The notes under the pieces: generated by a model
What the model saw: only the letters and a program-made list of their open reading frames with translations
What the model was told of the DNA's origin: nothing
The model's database searches: none
Source: an uncultured Chloroflexia bacterium
GTDB lineage: Bacteria > Chloroflexota > Anaerolineae > JAAYZQ01
Assembly (NCBI GenBank): GCA_963700285.1
Contig: CAVOXA010000010.1
Location: 160,001 to 224,000, forward strand
DNA: 64,000 nucleotides
Reading direction: 5' to 3'
Program-made: the position numbers and the translations under genes
Shown here: in pieces, positions 20,084 to 31,124 of the stretch
Layout of the letters: the number at the start of each line of letters is the position of its first letter
How positions within the stretch are numbered: position 1 is the first letter of the stretch

Positions 20084-21532
20084 CTAAAGCAAGTCTTGTT
20101 TCTGGTAGTATGAGCGCGCGTCGGCCAGAATGCGTTCAATGTCGTCTTCTTGAGCTGACGTCAGAGGCTCTGGCTCATAGGTAGACAGAATCTCATCCAA
20201 TCGTTCTTGAGCATAATCGAGGGCTGTCTTTTTTCCCTGGGCAACCCAGTCCGGATAGGTCAAGCGGTCTGCGGCTTTGGGCATGAATTGACCAAGCTTC
20301 CACCAGGCTCGCGTGTGAGCCGTGTTGAGAAAGTGTCCGGGTATGGGTCCAACCTCGTTGATGACATCCACCGCTATGGTCTCGTCGGTGATAGTCTCGC
20401 CAGAGATGAGGTGGCCAATCATGCCAGCGATATCGTCATCCAGGATGGCCTGGATGGGATGAGCCGATATCTCGGCCGAAACGGAAAAATGGAGCAACAG
20501 GTGGTTCGCGCCCGACAGGGCAGAGATCAACCCGGCCAGGGCCTTCTCGTAACCAGCCTGGTAGTCAATGGTCTTGGCGGCCACATAGGAGGGCGAACCG
20601 TTGCCACAGGGCACGCCATAGTGGCGCCACATCTGGTTAAAGATAGCGTTGCTGATCGAGCCACCTATGCCCCCAAATGCGGGCGAACCTGTCGCCATGT
20701 TCATCGGTACGGAGAAATGGCCGACCAGCATCCGTTGGCCGGGGTTGAGCAGTTGAGCAATGACCACCATAGCCAGGTGCTCGGCGTTGCTGACCACTAT
20801 CGAGCCCGGAACTGTCGCCGGGCCAGTTCCGCCCATGATGCAGCCATCAACGGTCACGACGGGAAAACCTGCTTCGATCATACGCCGCGCGGTTGTGACG
20901 GCGTCTCCATCCCAGGAAAGAGGGGCAGACGAAGTTACGACTCCCGAAATCTCCACACCCAGGGCTTGGGCCATCTGGATATTGAACACCTCACTGCCTT
21001 TGGAGTAGCAAGTTGTCTGGTGTTTGGTCGAATGTCGCATCTTGAGGGCCACGCCTTCGGGTATGGCCATCACAGGCGAAACGTCCTCAAATCCGAAATA
21101 AGGATAGCAGCCCAAGCAACTCACGCCGGGCAGGAAATCAAGGACCTTGATGGCGTCTGCATACTCTGCCCGTGTAGGTGGTCTCGGTTCAAAGGTATCC
21201 AGCTCGATGGTGTGCATGCCCGAGCCGTGACTAAAATGCAACGCGTTGCCGCCGAACTCAAGATTGTGCCGTTCGTCCCTTGCTTTTGCCGAGAAGGTAC
21301 TGGGCACTTTGTCCAGGCACTCCTCGACCAGTCCGGCTGGAAACCGGACCCGCATCTCGTCCCGGGCAGCAGGGCAGCCATGGCCTTCCAGAAAACTCAG
21401 TGCCCATTCACTCTCGATACGCACACCAGTTTCCCCGAGGACCCTCAATGTGGCAGAATGAATCTCGGCCACCTCCTCCTCAGTGAGTAACTCCAGGGGG
21501 CGGATGTCGAGACAATATCCCGGTTTGTGCAT
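20084..21532 (-). CDS. mttB: MttB-superfamily corrinoid methyltransferase, non-pyrrolysine (copy 1)
   Basis: IHSATLRVLGETGV, GGTGPATVPGSIVVSNAEHLA and KTIDYQAGYEK; no in-frame TAG. Confidence 0.9.
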   Translation of the reverse strand: MHKPGYCLDIRPLELLTEEEVAEIHSATLRVLGETGVRIESEWALSFLEGHGCPAARDEMRVRFPAGLVEECLDKVPSTFSAKARDERHNLEFGGNALHFSHGSGMHTIELDTFEPRPPTRAEYADAIKVLDFLPGVSCLGCYPYFGFEDVSPVMAIPEGVALKMRHSTKHQTTCYSKGSEVFNIQMAQALGVEISGVVTSSAPLSWDGDAVTTARRMIEAGFPVVTVDGCIMGGTGPATVPGSIVVSNAEHLAMVVIAQLLNPGQRMLVGHFSVPMNMATGSPAFGGIGGSISNAIFNQMWRHYGVPCGNGSPSYVAAKTIDYQAGYEKALAGLISALSGANHLLLHFSVSAEISAHPIQAILDDDIAGMIGHLISGETITDETIAVDVINEVGPIPGHFLNTAHTRAWWKLGQFMPKAADRLTYPDWVAQGKKTALDYAQERLDEILSTYEPEPLTSAQEDDIERILADARSYYQKQDLL

Positions 21533-22186
21533 CAGCTCCTCCCCAGCCCCATCAGTTCCCTAGCCAGCCCTGACGGCCCCTGGCGCAGTGGCGTCATAGC
21601 CGTCGGCGCCGATCAGATCAGCGAACTCTTGGGTGACGCCGCCGCCGCCGACCATTACCCTGACTTGGTCCCGGAGACCAGACTCCTGCATCTGCTCGAT
21701 CACCCGTCTCTGCTCCGACATTGTGGTGGTCATCAGGGCAGACATGGCCAGAATGTCCGCATCATATTCTTCGATGGCCGCCATGAACTCGTCCCCGGTT
21801 ACATTGATGCCCAGATCATGCACGCGAAAGCCCTCCGCGGTCAGCAGGGTTGAGACCATGGCCTTGCCAATATTGTGCAAATCGCCAAAGACGGTGCCGA
21901 TGACCACAGTACCAAGGCTTACCCGCTCAGCTCCCTGCCTGGTGATCTCGGACTCGATGATGGGCGTTGCCGCCAACATGGCCTCTGAAGAGCCAACCAG
22001 ATCCGGCAGCCACAGTTCGCCTTTGCCAAACCCGTTGCCAACCTCGCGGATGGCCTCGGTGAGGATATCCAAGGCTTGAAGAGGATCAATTCCCTCGTCG
22101 ACTGCTCTTTGAGCCCAATCTGCGGCCCCTGCAGCGTCATATTCCAACACTGCCTGCTTCAGACCTCCAAGTATTACGTTCGACAT
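21531..22186 (-). CDS. corrinoid (B12-binding) protein, MttC/MtmC-like (copy 1); probable indel near the C-terminus
   Basis: GDLHNIGK (DxHxxG), SALMTTT and VMVGGG. The track ORF stops at 21560, but removing one G gives ...GAVRLARELMGLGRS* overlapping the mttB ATG. Confidence 0.88.
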
Positions 22187-22336
22187 GATCTGCTCCTCAC
22201 CCACCTCAAACTGAACATAGCCACCACCCACTTGCGGTTCCCCTTCCGATTGCCGCCTTGAACGATCAGCTCGTACCAGTAAAAGAGAACCACAAGCAGA
22301 TGGCAGTTGCCTCAACTCATTGGACTATCGACCATC

Positions 22337-23724
22337 TCACTTGAGTGGCATGCCCAGCTTTATGACTTGTTCCTTCACCCGATCGTAGATTCGCTGCCAC
22401 TCGTCGGTGGGCGTCAGCGTCTCTACGTCGTAGCACTCGGCAAAGCTCTGGCCCTTGGGAGCCTGACCCAGTTGCGCCTCGTACAGGGGCAGCAGCTTGT
22501 TGGCGATATCGTTGGCCTGGGCCCGGCTCATGCCGGCACAATTTTTGAATACCTCACCCGCGAACTTGATTTCGAGGGGCGACAGGTAGTTCGTATACTT
22601 GCCACCCGCCGACCGCGTTCCGGTACACGAGGTCGCTCCCGAGACAGCCAGGTTCATCATGCCCACCGCCGACTCGTAGAGTAGCATTTCGGTCGCCGGC
22701 CCGGCAGTCTGGTTGAGGACCGAATTGACGCAAAGATGACTGTTGCGGCTGAGGGCCTGGAAAACCACGCCCAGCGCCCACTGAGCATCGCGTCCCGTGT
22801 TGCCCATGTACCTCATGTCATAGGGGAAAGAGGCGCCATTGATGGCCTGATAGGCAGTGTAGAGCAATATGGTGCAGGCGATGCAAGAGACCGTGGCCCC
22901 TTCGGGTCCGCCGGCATAACCACCAATCATCGACCACGACCCGCCATAGACCATCCCATCGCAGTTGTAGGCCTGGGCTAGCTTGTGTAGGTTCTCGTAG
23001 GAGGTCTTGATCTCGACTGGGGACAGGACCAGGACAATGTCCCTCTCTGGTTTGTAGCCACCGGGGATGCCATAGCCGCCTAGAACGCCATAGTGGGTGG
23101 GGGATGTTCCCGTGCAATACAAGCCCATGCCCTCGCGCCCGGTCCGGCGCAGAGCTTCATGGGTGGCCTCGGCCTGCTACTTGCCAACCAGCATCTCGTA
23201 GGGTGACCCAGCACGGATGGTACTGCCCCACAGGGTTTCCACCGAAGGGCCCTCGATGCAGTCAACCTCAGGGATCCGGGCAATGCCCTCCAGAACCGGC
23301 AGGAACAGATCCTCAGTCATGGCAATGCTAAGAGGACAGACCCAGATAGTCTCTGTCGGATCCTCAACACCGCGGTATTTGAACACAGCCGCTTGTTCGC
23401 CCTCGCCAAGGGTGAACTGTGAGGGCGCTGCTTCCAACGCCGCATCGATTTCCTCGCGGCTGAAGGTGATTCGCCGCTGCGTATCGGTGCACAGCATTCC
23501 AACCTCGACAGCCGTGTCCATGCCGGCCTGAAAAAAACGATCCGCCAGATCGTCGTCCTGATTGACGGGGTTCGCTGGATCACATGTCTTGACCAAGTCG
23601 TACTTTTTCAGGTTTTGGCTATGGTCTGGGGGATGACTCGGGTATCCCACTCAAACGCCTCGCACACCGGTCCCGTGTGCGCCCTGTCCAATACTTGCAT
23701 TAGCCTATCGCGATCAAGAGCCAT
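22337..23724 (-). CDS. mtmB: monomethylamine:corrinoid methyltransferase MtmB homologue, interrupted by one frameshift (~23615) and one in-frame TAG (23177-23179)
   Basis: Reconstructed: MALDRDRLMQVLDRAHTGPVC...DDDLADRFFQAG...GSPYEMLVGK*QAEATHEALRRTGREGMGL...GGYAGGPEG...AGPATEMLLYE...GQSFAECYDVETLTPT; about 460 codons, as expected for MtmB. Confidence 0.88.
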
Positions 23725-23779
23725 TGCTCATCCTCCTTACTTCTGTATGTGTCAGAGGCGTGTCGAACCCAGGAGCTGC

Positions 23780-24465
23780 TCAGGCAACGATCGTCTCGCT
23801 GGCTGGCAGCCTTACCCGACTCGATCAGTTGCTTGCAGAGTCCCGCGGCCTGCGCCGCATTCTCGGCCCATCCATCGGCACCAATCTCGGCTGGCAAATT
23901 CGGGAGTGACCGGGCCGCCACCCACGATGATATAGTACTTTTCTCTCTGCCCCATCTCTGAGAGGAGGTCGATCACCTCTTTTTGATAGGGCAGCGATGC
24001 TGTCATCAGGCTGGAAAGGGCCAAGATATCCGCCCGCTGCTCTTTGGCTGCCTTGATGAATTCCAGCGGAGAGACATTGACCCCCAGGTCGGTCACTTCG
24101 AATCCGCCGACGGTCAGCATCGTGGCGACCAGGTTCTTGCCGATGTCGTGCAGGTCGCCTGACACCGTGCCGAGCACGACGCGACCGCCGGACTCTTTGC
24201 TCGCCCGTGGCCTGGAGGTGGGGCTGCAGTATGGCCATGCAGCGCTTCATCTTTTCGCCCGCGATCATCAGATCGGGCAAAAAGATCTCAAAGGCTGCGA
24301 ATTGGGCACCAATCTCATCCATGGCTTCAGTCGCGACGTCAATGGCTGCCATGACGTCTGCCCCTTCAGCGACCAGGCGTTCTGTAATCTCTTCGACCTC
24401 TTCGTAGCTGCTTCATCTGACAGCAATGCCTCGCGCAATACCAACACATCCTCTTGTTTGCTCAT
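23780..24465 (-). CDS. corrinoid (B12-binding) protein (copy 2), several apparent indels; 3' end approximate
   Basis: Fragments in three frames: EIFLPDLMIAG, GTVSGDLHDIGKNLV, SSLM, IIVGGGPVT and IGADGWAENA. Confidence 0.82.
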
Positions 24466-24529
24466 CTTCCTCCCTCAACTAGGATTGTGATTTCACTTGC
24501 AACGACATGAGCGCCGCTAGCGTCTTAGT

Positions 24530-25953
24530 TCAGCTTGGCTGCTTTCTGCAGCCTGCACAATCCGCCTCAGTTCCCGCTCCTGCTCCTCTGGCAGCGGTGG
24601 CACCTGGTAGGTCTGCAGCAGATCGCGGGCACGCGTCTCGAGCGCGGTCCGCCATATCCCTGGACCCGCTGGCAGCCCACGCGTCATAGCCCTGCCGGTC
24701 GGCCAGGCGCGGCAGGAATTGCTCCTGGCGCCAAAGACTCAAGGTGTGCATACTGTCCAGGTAGTTGCCTGCATGACCAATCTCTCTGATGACATCCAGG
24801 GCCAGGGTCTCTTCCGTCACCGGGATGCCTTCCAGAATACGCCCGACCATGCCATTGATCTCGTTGTCGATCACCAATTGAACCGGAGACCACATCTTTT
24901 CGGTCTCCAGGGCACCACCATTGGAGATCAGGTTCGAACCGGCCTCGGCCAGCATCACTACAGTCATAGCCTTTTCCAGAGCAGACTGCTCATCCAGACA
25001 CTTGGAGTCGGTGATTGGAAACTCGGGGTGAGAAGGAATCCCATAGCGCCTGCCAATCTGGGCCAGGGCTGCGCCCAAAAGGCCGATTTCGACTGTACCT
25101 ATGCACAATCCGGCGTCCCGCACGTCCATCAAGTGGGGATAGCTGGCCAAGGTGACAGGCGCACCGGGCTGAAACAGTTGCAGCAGGACCACCGCAGCCA
25201 GATGCTCGGCGTTTTGCAGCACCAGGGTGCCGGCCAGAGTCACCGGGCTGTTGGCCCCAAGGGTGGGACCGGGCAAGGATGCAGACGGGGTGACCGGCTC
25301 GGACATAGGCCAGGCCGCCCTCGATCTGATCCTCGGGATAGGTCAGCGGTGAGATCGAGTTGATCTGGCCGTAGACCTGCTGATTGGTGACCTCGGCCAT
25401 CTCGATCACCCAAGGAACACATCCACCAAAGACACCGCCTGCCGTGACCTTTTGCGTGTTGCGCATCTGCTCGGCTGTGACCCATCTCGATCATAATCGG
25501 CAGAGGCAAGTTTGAGATGGTGGTTGTCGGCACAATGGCCAGGTGGATCTCGTCCATTGCGTCTACCAACCGCACCAGGGGACCAACATCCTCAAAGGTA
25601 GCCTCTCGCCGGACGTTTGATTCGAGATCCAAAAGATGCAAGCCAGGATGTGACTGGAAATACAGCCGATCTCCACCGACCTCCAGATCATAGTCGCGAT
25701 TTCTGGCTCGGATGGTGAATTGGGAGGGACACTGCTCAATGCATTCTTGGACCAGGGGTTCAGGAAAGTACACCCGACCGCTGGCGCTGTCAACCTGGCA
25801 GCCACCTCGCTCGAGAATGCCGAGCGCTTGGTCGCTGGCAAAGACGACACCCACCTGGCTCAGGATCTGCATCGTGCCATCGTGAACCAAATCCAAGTCT
25901 GCGTTAGGCAGTGGGCCTTTAGGGTCTCGAAAGACATGGCTTGCCAGCGGCAT
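24530..25953 (-). CDS. mttB: MttB-superfamily corrinoid methyltransferase, non-pyrrolysine (copy 2), apparent indels
   Basis: Three overlapping ORFs: VHDGTMQILSQVGV; NSISPLTY; GANSPVTLAGTLVLQNAEHLA...TDSKCLDEQSALEK. Confidence 0.85.
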
Positions 25954-26019
25954 GGGGCTTTCCTATCAAACTCAATCTCAATCGGCGGCGAGTAAATGAT
26001 ATAATATCTAGTCAAAGAC

Positions 26020-26048
26020 ATCATATCATATCTCAGCCGCTTTGTCAA
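26020..26048 (-). promoter_or_regulatory. sigma70 promoter of the leftward (mttB to xdh) operon
   Basis: Minus strand TTGACA-17 nt-TATGAT with extended TG. Confidence 0.75.
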
Positions 26049-26538
26049 GCCCCATGAAGTAACCGTCACAGATTGGGGACAACTTGCCAAGTTGGGTCAG
26101 CGGGCCTTGCCGCCCTCGTCCCGCTTGGCTCAGTGTTTTGGTCCAATCGAAACAGATGGAATAGATTTGTTATTTCCAGAAATCAGTTGATTTGCAATCC
26201 GCTGAGAGCTGCTCTGCTGGGTCTCCAGTTCCGTGATGGTAGGCAGGGTCCATTATGGGCAGGGGCCAGCCCTGTTCTTCGGCCTTTTGCAGAGGCTCAA
26301 GCTCCTTTCAGGCGTATTTTCCCCTTTGCTCATGTCCCCAACGTGAGACGCCTACCCATGAAGTGTCCATTCTGGTGCAAACACTGTCGTCCAACTGAAC
26401 CCGTACCAAACCCTTTCTCGGCACGGTTCTGCCCCAATGGGTCCTAATTCGCTGCCTACCCGGGATCATGTGCAGCCAAACTGGGTCCTCTTGGGTTTAG
26501 TCTTAGACGCTGCAAGCGCCCTGCTGTCAAGGGGGTAC

Positions 26539-26567
26539 TTGACAACGCCCTGAAACTATGATATAAT
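26539..26567 (+). promoter_or_regulatory. sigma70 promoter of the rightward (gntR-ABC) operon
   Basis: Perfect TTGACA-17 nt-TATAAT with TGn extension. Confidence 0.8.
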
Positions 26568-26642
26568 CTTTCCTAGCTCTTGTTATATCCATTTCGGTGT
26601 CAAAGCTCAGACGCCTGGTACTTGTATGGTGAGGTCGTGACG

Positions 26643-27413
26643 ATGGTATCCGACATTCTGGATCGCGCTCTAGACAATCGCACAGCCGGCATCCCACTCT
26701 ATCGCCACATTGAGGAGGATCTCCTCGGCCAGATTACACAAGGAGACCTCCAGTCAGGCGAGATGATCCCCGCTGAACGAGAACTGTGCGAGCACTATGG
26801 CGTGAGCCGCATCACCGTTCGACGCGCGATTGGCGAGTTAGAGACTCGGGGCTACGTCCAACGATACCAGGGCAAGGGTACGTTCGTAAGCCGCACCCGG
26901 ATTCGGCGTGAGATGGGACACCTCCTGAGCTTCTCTGAGGAAATGCGATCCCAGGGTCACGCCCCCGGATCCAAGCTACTCAATCTCCAGCATTGTCCAG
27001 CCGACAAGTCCATCGCCTCTGCCCTCCAGTTGGACAAGGGAGAACCGGTCTGGATTGTCGAACGATTGAGGCTTGCCGACGATGAGGTCATCTCACTAAG
27101 CATTTCCTACCTACATCTGCCTCGGGATGTCTATTTGACCCCACTCGAACTCGGCGGGCACAGCTCGTTGTGGTCGTTGCTTGCCAACAAGGGGGTACAC
27201 ATCACCGAAGGCAACGCCTCAGTTCGAGCGACTGTGGCCGATAGCCATTATGCGCAACTGTTGGGCATAGAGGAAGGCGACCCTCTATTGGTACGCGAAG
27301 GCGTAAACTACTCAAGTAGAAAGCAGCCGATTCCTGTGGAAGCCTTTGAGATCGTCAGTCGCGCGGATCGCTACCAGTATTCGTTGCACTTGATCCACCA
27401 GACGGTCGAGTGA
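26643..27413 (+). CDS. GntR/HutC-family regulator (UTRA domain)
   Basis: IPAERELCEHYGVSRITVRRAI...QGKGTFV, LLSFSEEM and VERLRLAD. Confidence 0.93.
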   Translation: MVSDILDRALDNRTAGIPLYRHIEEDLLGQITQGDLQSGEMIPAERELCEHYGVSRITVRRAIGELETRGYVQRYQGKGTFVSRTRIRREMGHLLSFSEEMRSQGHAPGSKLLNLQHCPADKSIASALQLDKGEPVWIVERLRLADDEVISLSISYLHLPRDVYLTPLELGGHSSLWSLLANKGVHITEGNASVRATVADSHYAQLLGIEEGDPLLVREGVNYSSRKQPIPVEAFEIVSRADRYQYSLHLIHQTVE

Positions 27414-27579
27414 GATTTGATGTACTTTGACCACAGGGAACAGCAATGTCTGGCACGCCTGACCCTGAGCCAGGCGATGCTTGTACATGAAAGGAGGCGC
27501 GAGTACTCAAAAAGTGTAGGACTACCGTCACGTTTCTGTCGTTCAGCAGAGAAGTTAGATTTTTCAAGGAGGATAAGTA

Positions 27580-29029
27580 ATGACGGCTAAGAAAAGCTTG
27601 TTCCTGATCATGGTTCTGGTGTTACTCTTGGCTGCATGTGGCCCAACACCCGAGCCCCAGACGGTCGTGCAGACCGTAGAGGTCGAAAAGACGGTTATCG
27701 AGACAGTTGTGGAAACCGTCGAAGTTGAGGTCGAAAAGACGGTTGTCGAGACGGTTGTGGAAACCGTCGAGGTCGAAGTCGAGGTTCCCGTCATCGAGAC
27801 TGTCGTCGTAGAGGTCGAGGGCAAGGCTCCCGAGCAGATCTCCTTTGCCGGTCACCAGTACTTCAACCTGTCCTTCGGCGCAGCCCCTGCTCCCTTGGAG
27901 GACATGAAGGCCAGGGCCACAGGAAGCCTACCCTGGTATGGACATCCAGTTGATCATGCAGCCTCTGGATGCCAACAAGTGGCACGACAATCTCACCACC
28001 TATTTCATCGCTGAAGATCAGACGGTGGACATCTTGTACACCGCAGGCTACTGGATAGCCGAGTTTGGTGCCGCCGACTGGCTGGTGGACCTCAAGGAGG
28101 TGGTGGATCCGGAGCTTTTGGCCAAGTACGATCCCGCCTACCTTGATGTATTCACCTACGACGGCAAGCTGCTGGGCATCGGCCCCTCGTGGGGCGGCAT
28201 CGGCGGTCTGTACTATCGCTCCGATCTGTTGGATGAGTATGGCATCGAACCGCCCGAGACCTACGATGACATCATCGCTGCCTGCGACACGATTCAGGCG
28301 GACCAGCCCGAGCTGGGTTGCTGGGACTGGCCGGCGATGAGGAACGTTGTCCTGGTCAACCGCTGGTCCGAGTATCTTTATGGCTTTGGCGGCACATACC
28401 TGAACGAGGACGGAACCTGCGCCATGAATTCGCCAGAGGCTGTTGCGGCCCTCGAGTTCATGACCATGCTCTTTGAAGAGGGCTATAGCCCGGAGGAAGC
28501 ACTGTCATGGAAGGAAGAGGACGCCAACGTGCGCTTCGCGAGTGGCGAGACCATCTTTTTCAGCGGGCGGCAGGACCTTCTCTTCTGGATCAACAACCCT
28601 GATAGTTCCAAGGTGGTGGATATGTGGGGCTTTATCCCGAACCCGGCCCAGCCTGGTGGCAAGCACTCTGGCTATACCGAGTTCTGGGCATTCTCCATCA
28701 GCAAGTTCAGCGACAATCCTGAGGAGGCCCTGGGCGTCCTGGAGGAATGGGGAAGCTTTGACACCATGAAGAACTTTAACCTGGCTTGGGGACCGATCCA
28801 GGGTCACGGCGATGTATACACCGATCCCGACGTTCTTGAGGCCAACCCGTACCTGCCTCTCGTCGAAGAGATCGCCTTGACCGCTCTGGCGCCTATGCCC
28901 AGCGAGAACTTTGGTGAGGTGTCTGATATCCTGCAGGCCGAGATCCATTCGGCTCTCTCAGGCCTGAGCACACCCCAAGAAGCACTTGACAATGCCTGCG
29001 CTGCCATCGACGCCATAAGCATGCCCTAG
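27580..29029 (+). CDS. carbohydrate-type ABC transporter substrate-binding lipoprotein (frameshift ~27920)
   Basis: Lipobox LAAC, V/E/T-rich linker, then SBP_bac_1-like LYYRSDLL, PETYDD and MNSPEAVAAL. Confidence 0.88.
27679..27790 (+). repeat. 48-nt coding tandem repeat (EVEKTV[I/V]ETVVETVEV) in the SBP linker
   Basis: GAGGTCGAAAAGACGGTT at 27679 and 27727. Confidence 0.8.
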
Positions 29030-29065
29030 TCTCACCACGACCGCATGATGGCGGTACCTACCTAT

Positions 29066-29112
29066 GGGTGCCGCGCCGCCAACCTGTCGGTTTCCTGAGC
29101 GGCGCGGCACCC
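29066..29112 (+). terminator. 14-bp GC-rich hairpin after the SBP gene (mRNA stabiliser/partial terminator)
   Basis: GGGTGCCGCGCCGC...GCGGCGCGGCACCC. Confidence 0.6.
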
Positions 29113-29177
29113 TCTAGGTTCGCAGATAGCGATCACTGCAGCCGAGAGCTGCAAGACTCACATGAGGTGACCTGTCG

Positions 29178-30074
29178 ATGAAGATCAGGCTGCGAGAGCC
29201 AGCTCTAGCTGCTACTATTTATTCTACCAGCCTTTGTATTTGTGGCACTCTTTCTTTATTATCCCCTTCTTCAAACTGCTTTTATAGCTTTTTCAAACTG
29301 CACCGGACCGTAGACTGGCTGAATGACACCTTTGTCGGGCTGCAGAACTATGCTGCCGTATTCAGGAGCGAGGCATTTCGATCTTCGTTTCTGTTTACTC
29401 TATACTTTACAGTCATGACGGTTGCCCTTGAGCTTTGCCTGGGATTGGGCATGGCCATCGCGACCTTTTCAGTCCACCCCAGGCTTCGCGGTATCTTGAG
29501 GGCAGTGATGGTGGTACCATGGGCCATCCCCCCCATCGTTTCGGCAATGCTGTGGAAATGGCTGTTCCATGCCGATGCCGGTGTATTTGCCTATCTTTTG
29601 ACCAGCAGTGGTCTGGTCGAGAACCTCCCTCCTTTTCTCACCGACCCGACCTTGGCCATTCACAGCATCATCATCGCCTCGGTGTGGAAGAACGCATCCA
29701 TCATGGGCATTCTCCTGCTGGGGGGTTTGGCATCCATCCCAAAGGATGTCTACGATGCCGCCAAGGTGGATGGAGCCCGGACCTGGTTTCGCTTCCGGCG
29801 GGTGACCTTGCCCATGCTTCTGCCAACCATCTTGGTCACCGTCCTGTTTCGGACTCTGCTGGCGCTGCGCATGTTCGAGCTTTCCTATGGAATGACTGGC
29901 GGCGGACCTGGCACGACGACAGATACACTTAGTACCTTTGCCTACAAGTACTACTTTACCTACTCCAGGTTTGGTGTAGGGTCTTCGTATGCCATGGTCA
30001 TATTTGCCATCGTTCTTGCCGTGGCCATCATCTATGTGAGTAGGGTACGGGGAAACCTGAGGTTCAAGGAATGA
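29178..30074 (+). CDS. sugar ABC transporter permease 1 (compensating indels near the N-terminus)
   Basis: FVGLQNY, PWAIP and EAA loop YDAAKVDGA...VTLPML. Confidence 0.9.
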   Translation: MKIRLREPALAATIYSTSLCICGTLSLLSPSSNCFYSFFKLHRTVDWLNDTFVGLQNYAAVFRSEAFRSSFLFTLYFTVMTVALELCLGLGMAIATFSVHPRLRGILRAVMVVPWAIPPIVSAMLWKWLFHADAGVFAYLLTSSGLVENLPPFLTDPTLAIHSIIIASVWKNASIMGILLLGGLASIPKDVYDAAKVDGARTWFRFRRVTLPMLLPTILVTVLFRTLLALRMFELSYGMTGGGPGTTTDTLSTFAYKYYFTYSRFGVGSSYAMVIFAIVLAVAIIYVSRVRGNLRFKE

Positions 30075-31002
30075 GCACAGCCAATCGATATCAACGCCGA
30101 CGGCTATTCGGCCGGGTGTGGGAGCTCGTGGTCACCATTCGCTGTTGTTGCCTTTTGCCTGGGGCCCCTGTTCTGGGTGCTGTCAACTTCTCTGAAACCG
30201 ATGGGGGCCGAATACCTGATTCCGCCGGAACTCTGGCCATCCAAGCCAACTCTGCAATCCTACGAGGTCATTCTGGGAATATCCCAACCCGGTCAGAGCG
30301 GACGATTCAGAGCAAAGCTCCATAACGGGCGCGGAGGAGGTAGGGGTGGCATCAACCCTTGGCTTTCTCACTCCCATTCGAAACAGCCTGATTGTCGCAT
30401 CCACAGTCGCCATCTGCGCTCTGCTGGTTTCAGCATTGGCAGCCTATGCCATTGCGCGCTTGCGCTTCCGGTGGAAGATCCAATCCCTGATGCTTCTGTG
30501 GGTTGGCGGGTTGCTGCCAGCGGTCATGGTCATCGCACCTACCTTTGTCCTCATGAGATCTCTCGGTTTGCTCAAGACCCTGCCAGCGATGATCCTGCCC
30601 AACATTGCCTACAATATCCCGCTGGCCACCTGGTTGCTGGCCGTCTATTTCTCCACGCTGCCATGGGAGCTGGAGGATGCGGCCAAAGTTGATGGCTACA
30701 AACCCTTCCAGATCTTTTGGAAGGTGATCCTGCCACTTTCGGCACCAGGGCTGTTCTCGGCGGGCGTCTTTGCCTTTCTCGGCTCGTGGGGTGAGTTTAT
30801 GCTGGCCAGCGTCGTGAGTATGGGCATCGCCGAGGTACAGACGGTGCCGGTGGCGATTCTGAATCTGTCTTTCGAGTATCGCTACCAGTGGACCTGGATC
30901 TCAGCGGCGATCATCGTGTCGGTGGGCCTGATGGTTTTTGTTGCACTCATCTTCCAGCGCTGGGTAATTCAAGGTTTGACAGCGGGTTCGGTCAAGTATT
31001 GA
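30071..31002 (+). CDS. sugar ABC transporter permease 2 (apparent indels)
   Basis: STSLKP...IPPELWPSKPTL, NSLIVA, ELEDAAKVDG and QGLTAGSVK. Confidence 0.88.
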
Positions 31003-31124
31003 GGCCCTGTGGAGAGCGCACAATTCCCAGTCTGATAGCGCAGGGGAAAGGCTCAATGGCGCCGTACAACCCGTGTTGAAAGGGCACCGGCCGGTGTCAA
31101 GCAACAAGATGAAAGGGATTCTTT

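Noticed and set aside
20207-21490. Long antisense ORFs (e.g. 20207-21490, 37572-38654, 45484-46662, 52858-53937, 60692-61720)
   Set aside because: Shadows of real genes in GC-rich DNA, with no recognisable motifs.
20084-25953. Pyrrolysine codons in the two mttB genes
   Set aside because: No in-frame TAG at the position preceding the ..K..D.Q motif; both are non-Pyl members.
26073-26447. 124-aa ORF in the divergent promoter region
   Set aside because: TTG start, no RBS, no motifs and atypical composition; probably non-coding.
27661-27810. V/E/T-rich repeat read as a novel domain
   Set aside because: A common low-complexity linker of substrate-binding lipoproteins in this lineage.
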